Shown here piece by piece: positions 1 to 7,603 of a DNA stretch of 64,000 nucleotides. The position numbers were made by a program, and so were the translations under genes. The stretch lies in assembly GCA_015233115.1 (NCBI GenBank), contig JADFYJ010000001.1:195084-259083 (forward strand). Reading direction: 5' to 3'. Numbering within the stretch: position 1 is the stretch's first letter; each line of letters opens with the position of its first letter. The notes beneath the pieces were generated by a model, which was given only the letters and a program-made list of their open reading frames with translations, did not search any database and was not told the DNA's origin. Source of the DNA: Candidatus Omnitrophota bacterium. GTDB taxonomy: Bacteria > Omnitrophota > Gorgyraeia > Zapsychrales > Zapsychraceae.

Positions 1-2
1 TT

Positions 3-233
3 ATCATTACGAATCCTCCCTACGGTATAAAATTATCATCTACCCAAGAAATTACTTCGATCTATTCGGCTTTGAACGCTTTATTGAAGGATCAAAAACG
101 CTGGTCATTGTTTCTGGTTACCGCGGATAAAAATTTTCCTAATTGTTTCAAACGGGCCAGACCGGATAAGATCAGAAAATTGTACAACGGAACCATTGAA
201 GTAAACTACTTTCAATACTTTGGAGATAAATAA
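3..233 (+). CDS. 3' end of class I SAM-dependent RNA methyltransferase (RlmL/YpsC-like), truncated by window start
   Basis: Manual translation gives IITNPPYGIKL...RKLYNGTIEVNYFQYFGDK*. The NPPYG motif and KLYNG C-terminal motif are typical of this family. Confidence 0.8.
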   Translation: MITNPPYGIKLSSTQEITSIYSALNALLKDQKRWSLFLVTADKNFPNCFKRARPDKIRKLYNGTIEVNYFQYFGDK

Positions 234-322
234 AATACCAGGGTACTTTAGGGCAATAGATTATTTCTTCATTTCCTGTATTGTAAAGTTAGGTAAAAAA
301 CAGGTTAAATGAGGAGGTTATC

Positions 323-427
323 ATGAAAGGCTCGAAACAGAGAAATCGTCCAGTGCAATATTTTAGAAAAGTACCCAAATATCAATTTAAACCAGATCTC
401 AAAGTTATATTTACTAAAAATTATTAA
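323..427 (+). CDS. putative 34-aa basic small protein
   Basis: GAGGAGG SD precedes the ATG at 323; translation MKGSKQRNRPVQYFRKVPKYQFKPDLKVIFTKNY*. The stop overlaps the next gene's SD (TAAGGAG). Confidence 0.4.
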   Translation: MKGSKQRNRPVQYFRKVPKYQFKPDLKVIFTKNY

Positions 428-432
428 GGAGT

Positions 433-1299
433 ATGGACATTCCAGAAGGCATTTATAAAACTCATGGTGAGCTGTTTGATGCGGCTCACCATCTTGATCA
501 ATATTCCCACCAAGTGCTGGAAAAATTCAATCAAAAAACGATTGTGTTGTTCGATTTACGTCCTTGCCAGCGTATTTTCCTTTTTATCCTGACCCGCTCG
601 CTTAAAACTTATACGTCGATATTATACTTGTGCGAAAAGGGTTATGGTCAAGACGCGTCACCTTTATTAAGATCTTTGCTCGAAAATTTAATAACCGCCC
701 AATATATTTTACATAATCCTGCCATTTCCAATGACTTGGCAAAACGATTTGTGGCTTACAAGTGGGTCATATTAAAACGTCAGTTATCGGACCAAGAACA
801 GCATACTGAACGAACCAAAATAATTTTAGAAAAAGCTGAAGAATTCAAAAAAACATTTAAAGTGAAATCTGATCGTGCGCTCCTTACTTGGTCTGGAAAA
901 ACTGTCCGGGATATGGCAAAACAAATTGATAAAAAATGGCTTTATGAATATGAAACAATTTTTCGGTTGTGTTCCCGATTTTCTCATCCCAGTATTCTAG
1001 GCGATAATGAATACATGATTTTAGATGAAAAAAAATTGGTTTTCTCTTCATTGCCATCTGATATTGGGATAGTTCCTAATCTTCCTAATGCCGCGAAATA
1101 TTGTTTAGAATTTTTAATGATTATTAATGATTTATTTAAATTCAATTGTGAGAAAGATATCACTGCACATTCTCAAGAATTAGAGAAAATTCTTCACCTT
1201 CCTAAATATCATAACGGTTTTGCAGATACCCAACCTGCCGATTTAAAAGGTCCGTCGATCCGTGACTGCATTGTTACTTTCCAAACTCAAATAAACTAA
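433..1299 (+). CDS. uncharacterised helical protein, DUF5677-like
   Basis: 288-aa ORF with SD; carries the RSLLEN..I...YI and F.LCSRFSHP motif pattern. Confidence 0.55.
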   Translation: MDIPEGIYKTHGELFDAAHHLDQYSHQVLEKFNQKTIVLFDLRPCQRIFLFILTRSLKTYTSILYLCEKGYGQDASPLLRSLLENLITAQYILHNPAISNDLAKRFVAYKWVILKRQLSDQEQHTERTKIILEKAEEFKKTFKVKSDRALLTWSGKTVRDMAKQIDKKWLYEYETIFRLCSRFSHPSILGDNEYMILDEKKLVFSSLPSDIGIVPNLPNAAKYCLEFLMIINDLFKFNCEKDITAHSQELEKILHLPKYHNGFADTQPADLKGPSIRDCIVTFQTQIN

Positions 1300-1707
1300 G
1301 TTGATCCTTTGTAAGACCATTGTCCCTCCGTAGAACAAAGTCAATATAAAGTGGAAAACGCCTATATTCAAAAAACTCTTTTTTTTCTATGATGGGAACA
1401 GTTCCGGTTTTGTCTGGGGGGGCAAACAACATCTACGCGGAGTTTTTTGATGTTTAAAATGTTTTTATTGCTCCCCAAAAACACATCAGCGCTCGACGGA
1501 AAATTTTTTCCGTTGATTGCTGTTTTTTTTTGCCGCGCACAAACATATATTTTAGAAATATTATTGTCAAAAGGAGGACATATAGAGCTCATGACTCAAA
1601 TAAAACATAAATTTGTTATGTTGTAAAAATGGGTTGATGCTGGTGAATATACCACCCCAGCGCCCTAATTCTAAAAATCAAATTAAATGGATAAAATGAG
1701 GTGCTAT

Positions 1708-4434
1708 ATGAGTAAAAAATTAACTTTTGTGTTTTCACTAGCAATTTTATTTGCTATGTACATTTCCGCCTTGCCGACGCCGGTTATGGCCGGAGGTGTT
1801 CCTTTATCTGATGGACAAATGGATCAAATTGCAGCAGGTGAATGGGTTTTGGCCTCTGCCGCTACTACCAAAAATTCATTAAAAGTTAAAGATCAGTCAC
1901 AAAATACGATTAAAGGTATCAGTAACGCAAACAGTGTGGATAGTGCTGTTAATGGACAGACCAACGTCAGTAATGCTGTCGAAGGAGCTGTAGATATTAC
2001 ACAAAGCAATAATACTTCGGTGACTAATCGTGCAAAGCCAAAAGATACTTTTAGTCTTGATGCCTCCCACAAAACAGTTACCGCCGTTAATGAGAAGGGC
2101 ACGACTACCTATAATAATGTGACCACTTCAAAAATCGATAATTCTAGTGCTGAAACTAAATCAGTTTCTGATACGGAATCGTTAAATACTTCTTCTACAG
2201 ATAAGGCGAGTTCTTCACTGAATGAAACTTCAAATAAAGCGGACAGCCTTAAGACTGGTTTTTCTGATGTTGAAGTCAGTGGTTCTTCAGCAAGCACTAA
2301 TTCTGCAAGTGCCAGCAATTTTTCAAAAGATAAAAGCGCAAGTTCAGCAGAAAATTTTGATTTAGATAAAGGTAAATCTGCTTCTAGCGAAGCTTCCCAA
2401 AGTGCTAATGATGCATCGAAAAATACCGCTAGTGCGAATAACAGCGCTTCGTCTTCTGATAAATTTAATTTAGACGGAAGTTTGAACGCAGGCACAACTA
2501 GCGCATCACAAAGTGCTTCGAAAAGTGCTGACAGTGTAGCAGCAATTTCCAGCAAATCTTCAAGTGATTCTGCTGCAGCCAATGAAAATGCCTCAACTTC
2601 GGATAAAGCAAATTTGGATGGTAGTTTAAGCGCCAGCGAAGGAAATGCTTCACAGAGTGCTGCTCAAAGTGCGAAAAGTCAATCAGCCAATTCCAGCAAC
2701 TCAGCTAGCAATAGTGCTGCAGCCAATGAAAATGCTTCATCTATGGATAAAGCTAATTTGGACGGCAGTTTGAGCGCTGGATCTGCAACGGCATCGCAGA
2801 GTGCTTCAAATAAATCAGACAGTGTAGCTGCTAATGCCAGCAAATCGTCTAGCGATACTGCTGCTGCAAACAACAATGCGACATCATCGGACAAAGCTAA
2901 TGTAGATGGAAGTTTGTCAGCATCGAAGTCAGCAGCCTCACAAAGCGCAGCGCAAAATGCGGATTCATCGGCATCGAACAATAGCGCAGCTGATTCATCT
3001 TCGAGCACAAAAGATGCCAGTCTGAACGTAGCAGCTACAGGAACAAGCAATAAAACTGCCTCATCTTCATCTGATGCTGTTTCCCAGGATGGTGTGAGCA
3101 CGTCTCAAAAGGATGCTAGCGCCAATCAATCCGCTGCACCTGGTTCAGTCACATCAGGGTCAACATCTTCAACAGCAGCCACAACTGGCAATGATGAAAA
3201 TTCGGGTACTGTTACTCAGAATTCTGCCACAGACACAGCCAATTCATCAAAAACGGTTGGTGTTAATGCCTCAGGCACACTTGACACGACTAAGCAATCA
3301 GGGTCGCAATCAGCTGATTCTGCAGCCGCAGATAGTTCTGCTTCAAATTCATCAGCAGCATCTAAAAATAGCAATCTTGATGCTTCATTAAGTGCAAGTA
3401 AAGACAAAGAAGCTTCTAGCGGAGCAGCATCATCATCCGCAAGTCAGGATGCAGCAAATGCTTCATTGACAAAAGATAAAACAGCGTCAGATTCAGCTTC
3501 AGCATCGGATAATAAGAATCTTGATGCTTCATTAAGTACAAGCAAAGATAAAGAAGCAACCAGCCAATCAGCTTCATCTTCAGCTGATCAATCTGCAGCT
3601 AATGCGGCATCGGCTAAAGATGCATCTGCTTCAAATTCAGCATCAGCATCTGAGAGTAAAAACCTAAATGCGACTTTAACCACGAGCAAAGATAAGGAAG
3701 CATCTAGCGCATCAGCATCATCTTCAGCTGATCAATCAGCAGCTAATGCCTCTTTAACTAAAGATAAATCTGCTTCAGATTCCGCGTCAGCTTCTGATTC
3801 GAAAAATTTGAATGCAGCGTTAACTGTTGGAAAAGATAAAGAAGCTGCTAACGCTTCAGCTTCTGCATCTGATCAAGAAGCATCTTCTGCAAGTCAATCG
3901 GCAGACAAAAGTGCTTCTCAAGATAGCTTATCTGTTACCAAAGGCAAAAGTGCAAACTCAGCTTTATCCGTAAAAGATACGAAGAGCGATAATTCTGCTT
4001 CTGCATCACAGGATAGCGCTTCAAAAAATGTTCAAGCAACGGTAGATGCTTCAAAAACTGATAATAAAGCGAAAACTGAAACATCAAGTTCAGAAAATGA
4101 CGCTTCTTTAGCAGCCTCGAAAACAACAACCAAAGCTGAAAATGAAACAAATACAAAAGTCAAAACTGATACTGTCGATCAAGGTGTGATCGTTGATTCA
4201 GCAAAAAATAATACGAATACTGAAGATGATTCAGTACAAATTGATGAGACTAAGACTGGTTCAGTGACCAATGAATTAGTTGTCTCAGGCGGTTCGCAGT
4301 CAGACATTATGGCAGTCAGCAACTTGAACGCAGTTGGTTCAGCTGTAGCCATACAAGCTAACGTTGCTAATTCCAGCACTGTATCTGGAAATATTTCACA
4401 ATCCAACGTGGCTACCGTAGCAAATGGTATTTAG
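1708..4434 (+). CDS. large secreted Fap-like (FapC/FapB-type) subunit with two terminal N/Q repeats and a huge mirror-symmetric Ser/Ala-rich insert
   Basis: Sec signal peptide; GAGGT SD favours the ATG at 1708 (ORF opens at 1687). Has an LSDGQMDQIAAG motif, homologous N- and C-terminal repeats, and neighbouring FapD-like and FapF-like genes. Confidence 0.7.
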   Translation: MSKKLTFVFSLAILFAMYISALPTPVMAGGVPLSDGQMDQIAAGEWVLASAATTKNSLKVKDQSQNTIKGISNANSVDSAVNGQTNVSNAVEGAVDITQSNNTSVTNRAKPKDTFSLDASHKTVTAVNEKGTTTYNNVTTSKIDNSSAETKSVSDTESLNTSSTDKASSSLNETSNKADSLKTGFSDVEVSGSSASTNSASASNFSKDKSASSAENFDLDKGKSASSEASQSANDASKNTASANNSASSSDKFNLDGSLNAGTTSASQSASKSADSVAAISSKSSSDSAAANENASTSDKANLDGSLSASEGNASQSAAQSAKSQSANSSNSASNSAAANENASSMDKANLDGSLSAGSATASQSASNKSDSVAANASKSSSDTAAANNNATSSDKANVDGSLSASKSAASQSAAQNADSSASNNSAADSSSSTKDASLNVAATGTSNKTASSSSDAVSQDGVSTSQKDASANQSAAPGSVTSGSTSSTAATTGNDENSGTVTQNSATDTANSSKTVGVNASGTLDTTKQSGSQSADSAAADSSASNSSAASKNSNLDASLSASKDKEASSGAASSSASQDAANASLTKDKTASDSASASDNKNLDASLSTSKDKEATSQSASSSADQSAANAASAKDASASNSASASESKNLNATLTTSKDKEASSASASSSADQSAANASLTKDKSASDSASASDSKNLNAALTVGKDKEAANASASASDQEASSASQSADKSASQDSLSVTKGKSANSALSVKDTKSDNSASASQDSASKNVQATVDASKTDNKAKTETSSSENDASLAASKTTTKAENETNTKVKTDTVDQGVIVDSAKNNTNTEDDSVQIDETKTGSVTNELVVSGGSQSDIMAVSNLNAVGSAVAIQANVANSSTVSGNISQSNVATVANGI
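2449..2970 (+). repeat. intragenic 144-bp (48-aa) tandem repeat array, ~4 copies, NLDGSLSA type
   Basis: DK(F/A)N(L/V)DGSL recurs at N261, N309, N357 and N405 (numbered from ATG 1687). Confidence 0.9.
3373..3865 (+). repeat. intragenic 144-bp (48-aa) tandem repeat array, ~4 copies, NL(D/N)AxLxxxKDKEA type
   Basis: Motif starts at N563, N611, N659 and N707. Confidence 0.9.
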
Positions 4435-4450
4435 TTTTTTATGAGCTAAC

Positions 4451-4481
4451 GCAAAGGGGAAGTATTTTACTTCCCCTTTGC
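4451..4481 (+). terminator. strong stem-loop after the major subunit gene (terminator or mRNA stabiliser)
   Basis: GCAAAGGGGAAGTA-TTT-TACTTCCCCTTTGC is a perfect 14-bp stem with no U-tract after it. Confidence 0.6.
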
Positions 4482-4516
4482 CGCGCTAAAAAATTTAGAA
4501 GAAAGGAGGTAATGGT

Positions 4517-5392
4517 ATGTATCAAAAAAAAATTTCACCATTGGTTATTTTATGTTTAATTTTAGGGCAAAATTCTTTAGCATTTGCCAATTATGCGGTT
4601 GAGATTTCTGATTATGAACTTGATCAAGTTCATGCCGGAGGATTAAATCTTAACTTTGACAATTTTTTAGGTTCTATGAATACCGCGGCTGATACAGCTA
4701 GCAAAAGTTCTGTAGTTGATATCAACACAACGGCTAAGAATTCGTTAGTGACAAATTCAAACAATTCCGGAGTAACTATTTTAGCGCCGACTCAGCCTAA
4801 TTCTCCTACAGCGCCAACGGCGCCAACGGCTCCAACGGCTCCAGCTGCTCTAGTAGCGCCAACAGTTCCGACTTTGCCGACAGCGCCGGTTTTACCCATA
4901 ACTCCAACTAATCCAGCTTCTCCATTAGTTCCGACAGCTCCAATGCCGGTAGATCTAAGTCTTGCTTCAAATCCAAGCCTGGTGAGTGGATCGATAGCCG
5001 CACCTGAAGCACCATCGACTCCTGCGGTACCAGCCTTACCAGTATCGCCAGCTTCACCTGCAACACCAACGGCTCCTGCCACATCTGCCGCTGTTGCTAA
5101 TACACCTATGACATTTGATGTGGTGGCAAAAACAGGTAACAATTTTCAAGTGGCGTACTCAACAAATAGTAATGTTCAGCCAACTGCCTTTTCATCAACC
5201 GGGGGTATGAACTCAGTGAATGTTTCCGATACGGCGCAACAAAACTTAAGCGCTATGGTTAATGTTAACGCGGCAGGAAGTATTGTTCCTGTTCAAATTA
5301 ATTTAACTGTTCTCATGAATTCAACTGTGCAAAATCTTACCAATTCGAATGATTTGAAATTGAGTAATTACACGACGTTCTCCCTTCAGTAA
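4517..5392 (+). CDS. secreted Fap-like minor subunit (FapE/FapB-like) with Pro-Thr-Ala linker
   Basis: AGGAGG SD, signal peptide, EISDYELDQVHAGG motif, (PTA)n linker, and C-terminal repeat NSVNVSDTAQQNLSAMVNVNAAGSIVPVQINL. Confidence 0.6.
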   Translation: MYQKKISPLVILCLILGQNSLAFANYAVEISDYELDQVHAGGLNLNFDNFLGSMNTAADTASKSSVVDINTTAKNSLVTNSNNSGVTILAPTQPNSPTAPTAPTAPTAPAALVAPTVPTLPTAPVLPITPTNPASPLVPTAPMPVDLSLASNPSLVSGSIAAPEAPSTPAVPALPVSPASPATPTAPATSAAVANTPMTFDVVAKTGNNFQVAYSTNSNVQPTAFSSTGGMNSVNVSDTAQQNLSAMVNVNAAGSIVPVQINLTVLMNSTVQNLTNSNDLKLSNYTTFSLQ

Positions 5393-5429
5393 CGAACCTG
5401 TGGGGAAGGCAATATGATTTTTTATAGTT

Positions 5430-6119
5430 ATGAATAAAAAAGTTCTAACCACAATTTTGTTTTGTTTTCTTTCTTTAGTGTTCGCTAATTATTGTTTTGC
5501 GTCAGTTTTTTTCGTTGGAGGGATGCGATTTAATAAAAAGTTAATGCCGTTACGTGAAATTAAAAGAGAACACGTGGTTATGCAGAATTTTGATTTTAGC
5601 TGTGGAGCTGCGGGCTTGTCGACATTATTGAACTATTACCTTGGCAACCCAATCTCTGAAAGTGTCATTATTAAAACTCTTTTAAAGACTGTTCCGTTAC
5701 AAAAAATACGTCAACGGCGCGGGTTTTCCCTCTATGATTTAAAAAATTTCGCAAAATCAAAAGGATACATCGCGACAGGCTATAAAATGGATATTGATTT
5801 TTTAAAAAAACTTCATAAACCGGTTTTAGTTCCGATTAAATTTAGGAATTTCCGCCATTTTGTTATTATCAAAGCTGTAGTAGCTGATCATGTTCTTATA
5901 GCAGATCCAGCTGCCGGAAATACTTCAATGACGATAGATCAATTTAATAAACTTTGGATAGACGGCATATCTTTGCTCGTAGAAGATCCGCGAAAAAAAT
6001 CTAGTGGTTTTCAGACGAATTTCGACGGAAAAGATTTGTTAATAACAGATCACAAAATGATTGGACGGATTCTAAATCCTGACCTGATTCGCACAACAGT
6101 TTATCCGGGAGAATTTTAA
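5430..6119 (+). CDS. fapD: secreted stand-alone C39 family cysteine peptidase (FapD-like)
   Basis: Signal peptide; Q..DFSCGAAGL catalytic Cys motif, GFSLYDLK, HFV and ADP motifs; no ABC transporter domain. Confidence 0.8.
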   Translation: MNKKVLTTILFCFLSLVFANYCFASVFFVGGMRFNKKLMPLREIKREHVVMQNFDFSCGAAGLSTLLNYYLGNPISESVIIKTLLKTVPLQKIRQRRGFSLYDLKNFAKSKGYIATGYKMDIDFLKKLHKPVLVPIKFRNFRHFVIIKAVVADHVLIADPAAGNTSMTIDQFNKLWIDGISLLVEDPRKKSSGFQTNFDGKDLLITDHKMIGRILNPDLIRTTVYPGEF

Positions 6120-6135
6120 ACTTATTGTAAGGAGG

Positions 6136-6257
6136 TCCCGCTACGGCCGCTAGGACGCGGCCTTGCTTGAACAGCAAGCTTCGCGTTGCTCAGCTTCGCG
6201 GGATAAATTCGTGCGGCTGACTTGATGTCGCGATAAATCGCTCCATAAGTCAGGCAC
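6136..6257. repeat. GC-rich multi-hairpin intergenic element
   Basis: Stems TCCCGC/GCGGGA, GGCCGC/GCGGCC, CTTGCT/AGCAAG and CTGACTT/AAGTCAG. Confidence 0.5.
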
Positions 6258-6274
6258 TCATTATAGGAGACAAC

Positions 6275-7564
6275 ATGGTTAAGCTTAAACTCAACGTTGG
6301 GAATACAGTTTTAATTATTTTATGCCTGTTTTTTGTTCTGGGAGAAGCAAAAATTACTAACCGGTTGGCTGAGAATAAGTACCAAAAACTGGCTCAAACT
6401 TTAAAAGCTGACATTTTGCGGGAATTGAAAAATAATATTAAAAATGAGGTATGGCAGGAAATACTACATAATCACAAAAAAAATTTTATCCAAGAAAAGG
6501 CAAATCTAGCGGATAGTGATATTTTTACTCTTAATCAGGGGAATTTGAACGATGAAGATTTAGATCAATATTTTGCCGGTAATGAAACGCCGAAGGCTTT
6601 AGGAATTAATTCTGGATATACAAAATTAGCGTTACAAAAATCAGCAGACGAACCTTCTTCGTCAACTCTTCAGACCGGAACAGGTGAAATTTCCGGCGGA
6701 AATAAACGTGAGTTACCCGCTTCACTTCAAAAAACTTTTGAAGAACGCGGCAGCATGTTACTTCCCAAAGGAAAATTTCAATTAGAACCAAATTTTACTT
6801 ACGCTCATTTTTCGTCCAACCGTATTAACATTCAAGGCTTCAGTATCCTTCCGGTACTTGTGATAGGAGATATCTCTGTCCAAGAAGTGAAACGGGATGT
6901 GTTTATTAATACATATTCTTTACGATATGGACTTTTAAATAATTTACAGGCTGAAATTAAGGTTCCAGGACGGTTTGAACATGATTTAATCAGCACTTCC
7001 ACAACGAGTGAGACGACCCGTAATCATGGAGGACTAGGTGATGTGGAATTAGGACTTAGCCGTCAAATTGGTTGGGAGCACGGAGTTTGGCCTGATTTGA
7101 TTGCCGCCTTTGCTGTAAAAACACCTTCAGGATTAGAACCATATAATCATTCGATTGCTCTCGGTACAGGGCATTGGGCAGCTCGTGGATCGTTGATCGC
7201 GGCAAAATCCAGTGACCCAGCCGTGGTTTTTGGATGCCTCAGTTACACATATAATTTTGCCAGAAACGGGATTGAAAATTACGGTGATGTTAAGCCCGGA
7301 GATACTATTGCGTACAGTTTAGGAACAGCTGTGGCATTAAGTTACAAAGTCGCGCTTAATTTAGCTTTTGACCAAAGCTTAACTACTAAGATGAATAGAA
7401 ATGGGTCACCGGTGGTTGATTCATTCATGAACTCCGCAGACTTAAAAGCTGGATTAAATTGGGTTATTGATGATAAAAAAGCCGTGGATTTTTCCGTCAG
7501 TATGGGTTTAACCAAAGATTCGCCGGATTTTACAGTTGAAATAAGAATACCAATATCATTCTAA
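6275..7564 (+). CDS. fapF: outer-membrane beta-barrel transporter, FapF-like (COG4313-type)
   Basis: N-terminal helical/coiled-coil region, then GKFQLEPNFTY...INIQGF..LPVLVIGDISV, GLGDVELG and ALGTGHW motifs, and a terminal Phe. Resembles Pseudomonas FapF from memory. Confidence 0.75.
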   Translation: MVKLKLNVGNTVLIILCLFFVLGEAKITNRLAENKYQKLAQTLKADILRELKNNIKNEVWQEILHNHKKNFIQEKANLADSDIFTLNQGNLNDEDLDQYFAGNETPKALGINSGYTKLALQKSADEPSSSTLQTGTGEISGGNKRELPASLQKTFEERGSMLLPKGKFQLEPNFTYAHFSSNRINIQGFSILPVLVIGDISVQEVKRDVFINTYSLRYGLLNNLQAEIKVPGRFEHDLISTSTTSETTRNHGGLGDVELGLSRQIGWEHGVWPDLIAAFAVKTPSGLEPYNHSIALGTGHWAARGSLIAAKSSDPAVVFGCLSYTYNFARNGIENYGDVKPGDTIAYSLGTAVALSYKVALNLAFDQSLTTKMNRNGSPVVDSFMNSADLKAGLNWVIDDKKAVDFSVSMGLTKDSPDFTVEIRIPISF

Positions 7565-7603
7565 GCTTATTGATTTTTTGTATCTTAGTGTTAGGATACA
7601 AAA

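Noticed and set aside
1415-1470. c-di-GMP-I riboswitch upstream of the Fap-like operon (GGCAAAC)
   Set aside because: The downstream GNRA-capped stem and GACGCAAA block are absent.
1368-1592. 74-aa minus-strand ORF upstream of the Fap-like operon
   Set aside because: No recognisable motif; lies in an AT-rich probable promoter region.
1708-4434. Serine-rich repeat adhesin (SRRP) or ice-nucleation protein
   Set aside because: No LPxTG anchor, no accessory Sec or glycosyltransferase genes, and no AGYGST octapeptides despite the 48-aa period; the context is FapD/FapF-like.
1893-5142. Several antisense ORFs over the two Fap-like genes
   Set aside because: Shadows of low-complexity Ser/Ala/Pro codons; the + strand frames carry the SDs and signal peptides.
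5430-6119. Bacteriocin/RiPP cluster based on the C39 peptidase and GG-like leaders
   Set aside because: The peptidase has a signal peptide and no ABC domain, the substrates are large Sec proteins, and no modifying enzymes are present.
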